A stretch of 40,593 bases of DNA. Origin: a virus. Shown in pieces: positions 16,114-24,457 of the stretch. How positions within the stretch are numbered: the stretch's first letter is position 1; each line of letters starts with the position of its first letter. The notes beneath the pieces were generated by a model. It saw only the letters and a list, made by a program, of their open reading frames with translations. It was not told where the DNA came from and did no database searches. The position numbers and the translations under genes were made by a program. Location of the stretch: positions 1 to 40,593 of IMG/VR virus record IMGVR_UViG_3300045988_115300, one strand, 5' to 3'.

Positions 16114-17376
16114 ATGGTCAGGAAGTTCGGCAAGATCGTCGTCAAGCCAAGCAAGGCCAATCCGAAATGGATAGAGGCCTCCTATCTTACGCCAGTGTCC
16201 GCCTTTTCGGAATGGCCGGACCTGCCGAACAGGCAGACCGCCACCTTCCCCTGCACCCAGGACGGCAGGGACGAGGCCGCGGCATGGCTGACCAGAGCGA
16301 GACGGCGCATCGAGGCTGACGTGTGGGAGCCGGAGCGCATCGCCAAGCGCAAGGCCAAGGACACCGCCCTGACATTCGGCGAGTATGCCGCGAAATGGCT
16401 GAAGACGCGGGAGGGCGAAGGACTGCACGTCAACACCATCTACGGGATCCGATGCACGGTCAAACGGCTCATCGATGCATTCGGCGGCATGCCGATCGGC
16501 AAGATCACCTCGGCCGACATCGAGCGCTATGCGGCCACACTGCCGAAGGACCACCCATACGTCGGTCGAGAGCTGCTGTCCAAGCTCCGCCAGATCCTCG
16601 ACGCCGCCGCGACCCCAGACCAGGACGGCTTCGCCGTCATCGGCAAATCACCATTCGTCATGCCGGTGCGCAAGCCCGCGCCCAGGGAGGAGACACCCGC
16701 CGCCACACCACAGCAGCTCCGGCGGATCCACGACGCCATGCCACGCAAATTCCGGCTCGCCATCACCCTCGCCATCTCCTGCGGAGGCCTGCGCATCGGC
16801 GAGGTCTGCGCCCTCCAACGCGGCGACATCGACCTCGACAACCGTCTCATCCACATCCGCCGCACCAGACTCACCCGCGCCCGCGTCATCGCCGGGCCGC
16901 CGAAGACCGCCAGAAGCAAACGCACCGAACCAATCCCCGAAGCCGTCATCCCCGAAATCCGCGCGCACCTCGCCGAATATGTGGCCGACCAGCCGGACGC
17001 ATGGATATTCCCCAGCCCGCTGGACCATGACAGGCCGATCAGCACGGACGCCATGCGCGACGCCTACGTCAAGGCGAGACGCGCAGCCGGACGCGAAGAC
17101 CTCCGATTCCACGACCTCCGCTCCACGGCACTCACCATGCTCGCCCAACAGGGCGCCACCGTCCGCGAACTCATGGCCGCAGCCGGACACAGCACCGCCA
17201 TCATGGCCATGCACTATCAACGACTCAGCGAAGACCGACAGCGCGCGCTCGCCGACAAGGTGGCCGCCAACATCACCACGCCGCAGCGGGACGCCACAGT
17301 CTCGGCTGAGAGCGACAAGGATAAGGAGATCGCCCGGCTCCGCGCGCGTCTGGCAGAGCTAGAGGCGGGGGAGTAG
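16114..17376 (+). CDS. int: Tyrosine integrase
   Basis: 420 aa; GGLRIGEVCAL (Arg box), HDLRSTALTMLAQQG (HxxR) and GHSTAIMAMHYQRL (catalytic Tyr region). Confidence 0.92.
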   Translation: MVRKFGKIVVKPSKANPKWIEASYLTPVSAFSEWPDLPNRQTATFPCTQDGRDEAAAWLTRARRRIEADVWEPERIAKRKAKDTALTFGEYAAKWLKTREGEGLHVNTIYGIRCTVKRLIDAFGGMPIGKITSADIERYAATLPKDHPYVGRELLSKLRQILDAAATPDQDGFAVIGKSPFVMPVRKPAPREETPAATPQQLRRIHDAMPRKFRLAITLAISCGGLRIGEVCALQRGDIDLDNRLIHIRRTRLTRARVIAGPPKTARSKRTEPIPEAVIPEIRAHLAEYVADQPDAWIFPSPLDHDRPISTDAMRDAYVKARRAAGREDLRFHDLRSTALTMLAQQGATVRELMAAAGHSTAIMAMHYQRLSEDRQRALADKVAANITTPQRDATVSAESDKDKEIARLRARLAELEAGE

Positions 17377-17386
17377 GCAAAGAAAA

Positions 17387-17409
17387 AGCCCGGCACATAC
17401 TGCCGGGCT
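17387..17409 (-). terminator. Terminator between convergent int and 17428-18087
   Basis: 9-bp stem AGCCCGGCA/TGCCGGGCT with a 5-nt loop. The T-run (TTTTTCT) is on the minus strand; there is no T-run on the plus strand. Confidence 0.65.
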
Positions 17410-17427
17410 GTGACTGTATTGGTTCAT

Positions 17428-18087
17428 TTACTGCTTGGTCATGGTTCCGCAGGAGCTGATTTTGAGCTGCTGGCCATTGCCTACCGTGACTTCCGGATAG
17501 CCGCCGCCAGGGAAATCGTTCTGGACGATGTTGTCGCCGTTGTCGGTCGAGATCTCCCAATAGCAGTCGCTTCCTACCTGGCTTGTGGCGCGATATGTGC
17601 CGGCGTCGATGTCCTTGCCGACCTGCCACACGCCGTCGGAGATGGAATTCTTCTTCGCCTGGTCCACTTGGCCGGTCAGGGACTGCAGCTCGGCCTTCTT
17701 CGCGTCCACCTTCTTCTGCAGGTCGTCGTGCTGTGTATTGAGGTCCTTGATGCCGGACTTCACGTTGTCCGCTTCGGCGATCGCGTCCTTGGCGTCGTTG
17801 TATTCGTCGGCGATTCCGTTGTATTCGTCAACAAGATTGTTGTAATCCTTAATGAGCTTTGCGTAGTCTTTTTTGTCGGCCGCCATGCTCTTGGCCACTT
17901 GTTTCACGGCCGCCGACCTGACGCCGATTGTGTGCGCTATCGGAGCTGTGATCAGCACGGAGAGACACACCAGCGCCACGCATACGCATGCCGCCGATTT
18001 GAAGCTCACATTGCTCTTCGTCAGAGCTTTGATTTTCGTTTCCAGCTTGTGTGGCTGGTGGATTTTCAGACCATTCTTCGATGACAT
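17428..18087 (-). CDS. Membrane-anchored coiled-coil protein (prophage moron)
   Basis: 219 aa. One TM helix (AACVCVALVCLSVLITAPIA), a Lys/Asp-rich coiled-coil region, and a C-terminal Cys-containing domain (GTYRATSQVGSDCYWEIS...SSCGTM). More A+T-rich than the phage backbone. Confidence 0.75.
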   Translation of the reverse strand: MSSKNGLKIHQPHKLETKIKALTKSNVSFKSAACVCVALVCLSVLITAPIAHTIGVRSAAVKQVAKSMAADKKDYAKLIKDYNNLVDEYNGIADEYNDAKDAIAEADNVKSGIKDLNTQHDDLQKKVDAKKAELQSLTGQVDQAKKNSISDGVWQVGKDIDAGTYRATSQVGSDCYWEISTDNGDNIVQNDFPGGGYPEVTVGNGQQLKISSCGTMTKQ

Positions 18088-18281
18088 GGTGCCCCTTTCT
18101 CTTCTCCTGCACCAGCTTTAGCTTAGATAAGGAAACACCCCTGCCGCAAAGTAGCTGCAGGGGTGTGTCGTTCAGTTGGACTTCTTTTTGCTCGTGCCAT
18201 CCATTGGCTCCGAGAGATAATCCGGCACGGCAGCCTGTTGCTGCACGCGCCTTACTCGAGGCGATGGGGAAGAATTAGTGG

Positions 18282-18890
18282 TTATTCGAGATCAGCGTCC
18301 CCATCGGCGGGACAGTGCGCCAGCTCCTCGCCATCAACGGTAAGGGCAAGCATCCAGGTGGGATTATCACCCTTTTGATGGATCATCGTGTCCGGGATAC
18401 TGGTTTCAAAGGTGGCGTCGTCGGCGGAGAGATTCCATCCTGGATACTTGTTGCTGTCATTCGTCGACAGATTCGTTATCTTCCGCTCGGTTTCGCCGGA
18501 CTCCGTGAAATCGGTGAGATTCACTTGGTACCAGGTGCCATCGGGATCCTTGACCATAAGCGTGTAGGCATAGAATTGCTCCGCGTCCAAAGCCTTGACA
18601 TTATCGAATCCATCGATTGAGATGCCGAGATACTGGCCTGTCGTCTCCACTCTCGCCGCCGGCATCAGGTCGGAATCGCCATCGCAGAAACCGGACAACC
18701 CACTCGCGAGCGGAGAGCCGTCATCGCCGTCGTCGGAATCCTGCGAATCGGTTTCCGTATCCTGTGATTCCGTCTGACTGTCAGCGCTCGCCGATTGGCT
18801 GGACGCGTCTTGATTGCCGCATCCTCCCGTCAACGCGACCGGCAGCATGACGGCGAGTGTGGCGACGATTGCTTTTCGAGTGATTCTCAT
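18282..18890 (-). CDS. Secreted acidic protein, probable lipoprotein (prophage moron)
   Basis: Start taken at MRITRKAIVATLAVMLPVALTGGCGNQD, with AAGGAG 6 nt upstream. Signal peptide plus lipobox-like Cys, then an acidic Ser/Asp/Gln-rich linker. The ORF track extends to 18911. Confidence 0.7.
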   Translation of the reverse strand: MRITRKAIVATLAVMLPVALTGGCGNQDASSQSASADSQTESQDTETDSQDSDDGDDGSPLASGLSGFCDGDSDLMPAARVETTGQYLGISIDGFDNVKALDAEQFYAYTLMVKDPDGTWYQVNLTDFTESGETERKITNLSTNDSNKYPGWNLSADDATFETSIPDTMIHQKGDNPTWMLALTVDGEELAHCPADGDADLE

Positions 18891-18965
18891 CTTCTTCTCC
18901 TTCTTTTTCATGAAAGTCTACGCCTCCTCCGGCGCGCACTCACTGAAGCGTCAAGGAAAGAAGAA

Positions 18966-18991
18966 CCCCTGCCGCAATGACGCGGCAGGGG
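18966..18991 (-). terminator. Rho-independent terminator after the repressor gene
   Basis: 10-bp stem CCCCTGCCGC/GCGGCAGGGG. The minus strand continues TTCTTCTTTCC. Confidence 0.6.
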
Positions 18992-18999
18992 CGTGTCAT

Positions 19000-19248
19000 T
19001 TACTGCGCGGCTTTCGATATGAGCTCTTCCGGGCTCATATCCCACGCTTCGCAGATCTTCGAAATGTCGCTGAGCGCCCATTCCTTTTCATCTGCGACTC
19101 GCTGCCTCACATATGTCTCACCTCTTCCTATTGTTTTCGCAAGTTCCCTACCCGACATTCTGTGGATTCCCATTTCGGATCTTATGGCCTTGCTCACCTG
19201 CAGACCGAATGGGCTTACTTCTAGTTTTTTGCTACCCACATCTTTCAT
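19000..19248 (-). CDS. CI-like repressor (XRE-family HTH)
   Basis: MKDVGSKKLEVSPFGLQVSKAIRSEMGIHRMSGRELAKTIGRGETYVRQRV... is an HTH. It is divergent from a Cro-like gene across an operator-rich gap. The exact start is uncertain (TTG 19260, ATG 19248 or GTG 19239). Confidence 0.72.
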   Translation of the reverse strand: MKDVGSKKLEVSPFGLQVSKAIRSEMGIHRMSGRELAKTIGRGETYVRQRVADEKEWALSDISKICEAWDMSPEELISKAAQ

Positions 19249-19251
19249 TAT

Positions 19252-19269
19252 AGCGCGCAATTACGCGGA
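19252..19269. promoter_or_regulatory. Operator-like imperfect palindrome (15/18 match to 19314-19331)
   Basis: AGCGCGCAATTACGCGGA; overlaps a minus-strand TATAAT (19252-19247) at the repressor gene start. Confidence 0.4.
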
Positions 19270-19306
19270 CATGCGCGCGGGTGAAACGAAATGCGCGTGT
19301 TTTGAT

Positions 19307-19335
19307 TTGACAGTGCGCGCAATTGCGCGCATAAT
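19307..19335 (+). promoter_or_regulatory. Rightward early promoter (TTGACA-17-CATAAT)
   Basis: TTGACA 19307-19312, a 17-nt spacer, then CATAAT 19330-19335; 21 nt upstream of the Cro-like ATG. Confidence 0.5.
19314..19331. promoter_or_regulatory. Operator: perfect 18-bp palindrome TGCGCGCAATTGCGCGCA
   Basis: Self-complementary over all 18 nt; lies in the spacer of the rightward promoter. Confidence 0.55.
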
Positions 19336-19356
19336 GTGGTCTGTCAAGGAGGAAAC

Positions 19357-19611
19357 ATGACATACGGAAACATCAACGACATGGCATCGGCGAGGATTCG
19401 TGCGGTCATGGCCGCTCAGAACATCCCGGTCGCCAAAGTGGCTGAAGTCTGGCACCAATCAGTCGACATGGCCAGCCGCCGCATCAACGGCACCGTCGAA
19501 CTCAAACTCGGCGAAATCGACGCCTTCGCCGCCAACACCGGCTACAAACCAGTCGACTTCCTCGCCGACCGATTCGAAATCAAGATGCCGGCGCTCGCCG
19601 ACGTCGCCTGA
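19357..19611 (+). CDS. Cro-like / antirepressor-type HTH protein
   Basis: 84 aa from MTYGNINDMASARIRAVMAAQNIPVAKVAEVWHQSVDMASRRINGTVEL...; AAGGAGGAAACATG. Confidence 0.68.
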   Translation: MTYGNINDMASARIRAVMAAQNIPVAKVAEVWHQSVDMASRRINGTVELKLGEIDAFAANTGYKPVDFLADRFEIKMPALADVA

Positions 19612-19624
19612 GAAGGGACGCGCC

Positions 19625-19906
19625 ATGCAGGAATCAACCACCATCGACCAGCCACTCCTCGACTCCGTCGCGCTCGCCCATGAAATCGCGAAGGAAGCCG
19701 TCCGGCAGACGGCATACGCGCCACGCTGGGTCAGTCTCAAACAGGCCAGCGCGATGCTCGGCGGCGTCGACAAGAAGACCCTCCGCAAATGGGCGAGAGC
19801 GGGACGGATCAAGATGCGCCAGCCAAGCGGATACCACGGCAAGGTCATGGTGTCCGTCGCATCCATTGAAGAATTCGATGCCAACGCCGGGACGCGCCGG
19901 CGCTAA
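19625..19906 (+). CDS. Excisionase-family HTH DNA-binding protein
   Basis: 93 aa; WVSLKQASAMLGGVDKKTLRKWARAGRIKMRQ. Confidence 0.6.
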   Translation: MQESTTIDQPLLDSVALAHEIAKEAVRQTAYAPRWVSLKQASAMLGGVDKKTLRKWARAGRIKMRQPSGYHGKVMVSVASIEEFDANAGTRRR

Positions 19907-19916
19907 GGAGGCAAAC

Positions 19917-20123
19917 ATGCGCAAGGAATCCAAGCCGAAAGACCACTCCGCCGTCATGGTCATCCGCGACCACAAGTGCGGAGCCGACGTCAAGGCCGCG
20001 CGAATCAGCATCATCACCGACGAAAATCACCTCGCCGGCGTGACAGTCAGCCGCGCAGCGCTCGAATCGCTGCAGTCCAGCATCGGCCGTCTGCTGCATG
20101 AGATGGACGAGGAGGAATCATGA
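19917..20123 (+). CDS. Hypothetical protein
   Basis: 68 aa; AAGGAGGCAAACATG. Confidence 0.55.
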   Translation: MRKESKPKDHSAVMVIRDHKCGADVKAARISIITDENHLAGVTVSRAALESLQSSIGRLLHEMDEEES

Positions 20124-20326
20124 CCAAGCTCGCACACGCCATCCTCTGCCAGCTCGTCGCCGCCATCTGGATCGCCGCCATCTGGGTGCTGTATTGCACA
20201 CCGGCCTGCACGCATCCCATCGAACACCTCATCGCCGCGCCGATCGCGGTGCTCATCCCCGCGGCCGTCGTCACGTGCCGCATCTGCTCGGATCCCCGCG
20301 TCATGCGATGGCTGGAGCAGCAGTAA
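20120..20326 (+). CDS. Hypothetical membrane protein
   Basis: 68 aa, ATGA overlap with the upstream gene, two hydrophobic segments. Confidence 0.45.
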   Translation: MTKLAHAILCQLVAAIWIAAIWVLYCTPACTHPIEHLIAAPIAVLIPAAVVTCRICSDPRVMRWLEQQ

Positions 20327-20466
20327 AGGACTTGGACGGCTCCGCTCACATTGCGGCATGGACGTGGTTCGTCATGCGCGTCCATGCGGGAGCCATCCAA
20401 CCGTCAAGGAAAAGACGCTAAAACCGGCCGGACGGGTCATCTTCTTCTTCTCCTCCCGTCCGCCCC

Positions 20467-20556
20467 GCCGGAGCCCGCGACAGGATGCGGGCGCCATAGA
20501 TCGGCGCTCCGATAACGCCGGCGGATGGATGCGCGGTTCGATTCCGCGCTCCGGCA
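20467..20556 (+). ncRNA. tRNA-like element (possible non-canonical class II tRNA or pseudo-tRNA)
   Basis: Perfect 7-bp acceptor (GCCGGAG / CTCCGGC). D-arm CGCG-ACAGGA-TGCG with A14 and GG. A 5-bp stem GCGCC/GGCGC closes a 7-nt loop AUAGAUC. A 24-nt variable region follows. Canonical T-arm CGCGG-TTCGATT-CCGCG. It lies in a 263-bp gap with no credible ORF. Confidence 0.4.
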
Positions 20557-20589
20557 CGACATCCAATCCAATCCCAAAGGAGGCACACG

Positions 20590-20874
20590 ATGCCAAGCAA
20601 GACAGCCAGGCCGGAAGGCGAGCGGTGGTTCGAATGGCCGCTCACGCCGACCAGCATCGGCATGACGGCGGCCGAACTTATCAGTGAATTGTATGAGACC
20701 GTCACCGTGCTCAACCATGACCGCAGCTGGAATCTCACGCTGGTCGCTCCGGCACGTTTCGGAGACATCATCATCGACCGCGAGGCCGGATGCCTCCGCG
20801 CGAAATGCGCGTGGAAGGCCAAGGATCCCAGCCAGCTCGGCCCGACGCCCGCCGGATACGTGAGGGGAGAGTGA
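20590..20874 (+). CDS. Hypothetical protein
   Basis: 94 aa; AAAGGAGGCACACGATG. Confidence 0.6.
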   Translation: MPSKTARPEGERWFEWPLTPTSIGMTAAELISELYETVTVLNHDRSWNLTLVAPARFGDIIIDREAGCLRAKCAWKAKDPSQLGPTPAGYVRGE

Positions 20875-20875
20875 C

Positions 20876-21451
20876 ATGGCCATAGGCGAGACCGTCATCA
20901 CCATCGTCGGCAACCTCACCGCGGATCCCGAACTGCGCACCACCCAGTCCGGCAAGCAGGTGTGCAACGTGACCGTCGCGTCCACGCCACGCATCTTCGA
21001 CAGGCAGACGAACCAGTGGACCGACGGGCAGGCGCTCTTCCTGCGCTGCACCGCGTGGGGGGATTTCGCCACGCACATCGCCTCATCCATGTCAAAAGGC
21101 ATGCGCGTCATAGCACAAGGCAGACTCACGCAACGCTCATGGCAGGACGAGCAGGGAGCCAACCACACCGTCATCGAAATGCAACTGGACGAGATCGGGC
21201 CAAGCCTGCGCTACGCCACCGCGCAGGTCACCCGCATCACCCGCCAGGGCGGCCCCGTCTACGGCAATCCCGCCTCTCCACAGCCGACGACCGTCAACAC
21301 CGGCGTCGGTGGCTGGAGCCAACGGCCGCAACAGTCGGCGCAGACACAGCAACCCGCCGCGCCGCCGGCCGATGATCCGTGGGGCGCGCCGGCGGCCGAC
21401 CAATCATCATTCGGAGACTTCGGCAAGGCAGCGGACGAACCGGAATTTTAA
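20876..21451 (+). CDS. ssb: Single-stranded DNA-binding protein
   Basis: The OB-fold N-terminus is VITIVGNLTADPELRTTQSGKQVCNVTVAS...LFLRCTAWG. A Gln/Pro-rich linker and an acidic tail ...DEPEF follow. Confidence 0.92.
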   Translation: MAIGETVITIVGNLTADPELRTTQSGKQVCNVTVASTPRIFDRQTNQWTDGQALFLRCTAWGDFATHIASSMSKGMRVIAQGRLTQRSWQDEQGANHTVIEMQLDEIGPSLRYATAQVTRITRQGGPVYGNPASPQPTTVNTGVGGWSQRPQQSAQTQQPAAPPADDPWGAPAADQSSFGDFGKAADEPEF

Positions 21452-21467
21452 AGACTAAGGAGCAGCA

Positions 21468-21845
21468 ATGAAAGCCAGCGAACAACAGGCGCTCATCCCG
21501 CAGGAAGCCACGCCCGACACGCTCATCGACCTCATCGGCAAGACGCAGCAGGTCACCAAGGCCGCGGCCGTCGTGCTCAAGGCGTGCCGGAGCGTCATGG
21601 ACACCAACACCAAGAAGGAGCACGTGGAGAAGTGGGGCGGCATCCATGCCATCACCGAAGCCGTGTACGACTGCGCCGACCTCGCGCAGCGCATCCTCGA
21701 CGCCGGCCTGGCCATGGAGAACATGTGCGCGAAACCGGCCACGTCACGGCAGATGATCCTCATCGACGACCTGCGCCGCAGTCTCGACATGGACGACGGC
21801 GACGTGGAGGCGACCGTCGATCCTGACACCGGCGAGATCGCCTGA
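21468..21845 (+). CDS. Hypothetical protein
   Basis: 125 aa; AAGGAGCAGCAATG. Confidence 0.6.
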   Translation: MKASEQQALIPQEATPDTLIDLIGKTQQVTKAAAVVLKACRSVMDTNTKKEHVEKWGGIHAITEAVYDCADLAQRILDAGLAMENMCAKPATSRQMILIDDLRRSLDMDDGDVEATVDPDTGEIA

Positions 21846-21867
21846 ACCACCGGAAGGAGAAGAAGAG

Positions 21868-22860
21868 ATGTGGTTCATTGTCGACGACCAGATGGCCGAC
21901 GACAGGCGCATCCGCCGCCTGCCGCTCGCCACCGTGGGATTGTGGGTCAAGCTGTGCGTCATCCATTCCAAAGGCGTCTCGATGCAGGCCAAGGACCCGG
22001 CCGCATACCCCGGCCACTTCGACAAGCTCGACCTCAAGGACGCCGGAGGCACCATGAAACAGCTCCAGCAGCTCATCGACTCCGGCCTCATGGAGGAGCA
22101 CGACGGAGGCTGGCGTCCCGTCTACGCCGAAGGCATATGCAAGGAGCCCAGGACGCTCACCGAGGAACAGCGCGAGGCCCGCCGCAAAGCCGGAAGCAAG
22201 GGAGGCCGCCGCAAGGCCGCCAACCAAAAAGCCAAGCAACCGTCTAGCAACTTGCTAGCAAACAGCCAAGCGAACGGAGAGCAAAACAGTAGCGAGACAG
22301 GTAGCGAAACGTCTAGCAACTTGCTAGAGGACAGCCAAGCAAAAACATGGCATAAAACCGATACCTATACCGATATACCCTCTCCGACCCCTCCCGCCGG
22401 CAAACCGAAGCAAACCGCCACGCCGGACGCCTACGCGGCCATCGCCGAAGCCTACCCCGGCTCCGCCGGCGCCAAGGGCCGCAAGACCGACCTCGAGGCG
22501 CGAGGCCTGGTCTCGGCCATCGCCGAGAACCCGGCCCAGCTCGCCCGGCTCCAATCGGCCGTCCGCCGATACCGTCGCGCCGTCAACGACGGCCAGGTGC
22601 CGCGCCGGCAGATCCCGCGGCTCAACACATGGCTCCGCGACCAGTGGGAGACATGGGCGCCCGAACCCATCACACCCACGCGCCAGCACAAGCACACCTG
22701 GAACTGCGAACACGTCCACCAGCTCATGGATTCACATGAGGACGAATACGACCACACCGGCAGCCTCCGGGAAGGCAAACCGTCCAAGTGGTATCTCGCA
22801 TGCCAGGCATGTGCCGACGAACTCAACAACCAACAAGAAACCAGCAAGGAGAAGCAATGA
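21868..22860 (+). CDS. Putative replication initiator / replisome organizer
   Basis: 330 aa; lies between ssb and the ParB-like gene; contains internal DNA iterons (22241-22340). Function is inferred from synteny only. Confidence 0.55.
   Translation: MWFIVDDQMADDRRIRRLPLATVGLWVKLCVIHSKGVSMQAKDPAAYPGHFDKLDLKDAGGTMKQLQQLIDSGLMEEHDGGWRPVYAEGICKEPRTLTEEQREARRKAGSKGGRRKAANQKAKQPSSNLLANSQANGEQNSSETGSETSSNLLEDSQAKTWHKTDTYTDIPSPTPPAGKPKQTATPDAYAAIAEAYPGSAGAKGRKTDLEARGLVSAIAENPAQLARLQSAVRRYRRAVNDGQVPRRQIPRLNTWLRDQWETWAPEPITPTRQHKHTWNCEHVHQLMDSHEDEYDHTGSLREGKPSKWYLACQACADELNNQQETSKEKQ
22241..22271. repeat. 31-bp iteron, copy 1 (candidate origin element)
   Basis: cgtctagcaacttgctagcaaacagccaagc; contains the inverted repeat CTAGCAA-C-TTGCTAG; 28/31 identical to copy 2. 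Confidence 0.45.
22310..22340. repeat. 31-bp iteron, copy 2
   Basis: cgtctagcaacttgctagaggacagccaagc; 69 bp from copy 1, with two GTAGCGA(G/A)AC motifs between the copies. Confidence 0.45.
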
Positions 22861-24260
22861 GCAACTACCAAACCAACCAGATCAAGCTCATCAACACGAG
22901 CCTCATCGACCCACACCCGGACAATCCACGCAAGCAGATCGGCGACGTGACCGACCTCGCGGCCAGCATCAGAGCCAACGGGCTCCTCTCGCCCCTCAGC
23001 GTCGTGCCCCACGGCCAGCGTTATCGTGTCATCGCCGGCCATCGCAGGCTCGCCGCATGCAAACAGGCCGGCACCGGAGCCGTCCCATGCTTCGTGCTTG
23101 ACCTCGACCCATTGCAGCAGCTCGAGGCCATGGTCACCGAGAACTGCCAGCGCGAACAGCTCACCGTGTTGGAGGAGGCCGACGCCATCCAGGGCATGCT
23201 CGACCTCGGAGCCACCACCGCCAGCGTCGCCCACCGGCTCGGCCGAAGCGCCGACTACGTGCGTGACCGCGCCAAGGCCGCCAGCATCAAGACCGAGGTC
23301 AGAGCATCCCGCGACGATTTCGGCCAGATCTCCATCGGCCAGCTCGTGGCCATAGCGCGATACGACGGCCGTCCGGATCTGCAGAAGGAGCTCGCGCAGG
23401 CGGCGGGCACCTCGAACTTCGACTACATCCTCCGCAACATCGAACGCGACGACCGCGACCGGCAATGGATCGAATCGGTCGCCGCGCTCCTCGTGGAGCC
23501 CGACAGCGGCATCAACCTCATCCCCGACCCCGAAAAGCCCTACAGCGACCCGGAATGGCGCTACCTCGGCTGCATGTTCCCATCCACCGGCACCCCCGAA
23601 GAAGCCATCGAGAAGATCCGCGAACAGAACCCGGCCGCCGTATCCATCCACACGGTCTCGCAGCAGGTCTACCTCTGGACCCGCCGTGACAAGACCGCCG
23701 ACGCCGAAAAGGAAGCCCGACGGGCCGCCGAACAGGCCGAACGCGACGCCCGCAGGCACGCGCTCGAGGAATACGCCGCCGCATCCGCGGACAAGCGCAT
23801 GGCATGGCTCCACGCCAACCTCCACGGCATCAAACGCGACAAGCTCGTCGAAACCACGGCCCGGCTCGGACTCCTGCAGATCATCGACCCATTCCCAGGC
23901 GGCTTCACCGACGCCCTCACCAACTGGAACAACCACACCGGAAGCCGCGAGGAATACGAGAAGATCACCGGCATCACAGCCGAAGACGCCCCGACAGCCG
24001 CCCGCATCAGCCTGCAGACCGACGACTGGCCATTGGAAGCAGCATCCATCCTCGCCGCACGTTTCGAATGGTTCATCGATCCGACCGACTGGACCACCGT
24101 CAACGACACCAGCAGACGCATCCCCGGCTACTACCAGATCCTCCAAGACCTCGGCTACACCACCGCCGACGACGAAACCAGCCACCTCGACCAGCTCATC
24201 CACGCCATCAGCGAAGCCGACTCCGACGAAAACGAAGAAGACGAGGAGAACAACCAATGA
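22857..24260 (+). CDS. ParB-like nuclease domain protein
   Basis: 467 aa from the ATG overlapping the upstream stop. IDPHPDNPRK...LSPLSVVPHGQRYRVIAGHRRLAACKQAG is a ParB/Srx N-terminal domain signature. Confidence 0.8.
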   Translation: MSNYQTNQIKLINTSLIDPHPDNPRKQIGDVTDLAASIRANGLLSPLSVVPHGQRYRVIAGHRRLAACKQAGTGAVPCFVLDLDPLQQLEAMVTENCQREQLTVLEEADAIQGMLDLGATTASVAHRLGRSADYVRDRAKAASIKTEVRASRDDFGQISIGQLVAIARYDGRPDLQKELAQAAGTSNFDYILRNIERDDRDRQWIESVAALLVEPDSGINLIPDPEKPYSDPEWRYLGCMFPSTGTPEEAIEKIREQNPAAVSIHTVSQQVYLWTRRDKTADAEKEARRAAEQAERDARRHALEEYAAASADKRMAWLHANLHGIKRDKLVETTARLGLLQIIDPFPGGFTDALTNWNNHTGSREEYEKITGITAEDAPTAARISLQTDDWPLEAASILAARFEWFIDPTDWTTVNDTSRRIPGYYQILQDLGYTTADDETSHLDQLIHAISEADSDENEEDEENNQ

Positions 24261-24457
24261 CCATGAAACAACTCGAAAGACTCGCCCAACTCCTCACCGA
24301 CACCGCCCAGACCGCCAGCACAATCGAACTGCGAGCGCTCGCCGGTGGCAAGGCGGATGACGGCATCGTGGCGATGGCGGCCGGGCTGAGGGCCGACTGC
24401 ACTTCTTGTTTGGTGCTGGTCGACGGTCTGATGCAGGAGGGGGTGCGTTGTGAGTGA
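24257..24457 (+). CDS. Hypothetical protein
   Basis: 66 aa, ATGA overlap with the upstream gene. Confidence 0.45.
   Translation: MTMKQLERLAQLLTDTAQTASTIELRALAGGKADDGIVAMAAGLRADCTSCLVLVDGLMQEGVRCE

Noticed and set aside
20531-20556. The tRNA T-arm/acceptor-like sequence as the attP core
   Set aside because: It is more than 3 kb and about eight genes away from int. It also has a full complementary 5' acceptor strand, so it behaves as a complete tRNA-like unit rather than a 3' tRNA fragment.
22452-24257. 601-aa minus-strand ORF opposite the ParB-like gene, and the Arg/Pro-rich + strand ORFs at 23686-24360 and 23804-24457
   Set aside because: Shadow ORFs with non-protein-like composition. Only the short 3' end of the 23804 frame (24257-24457) is retained as a possible gene.
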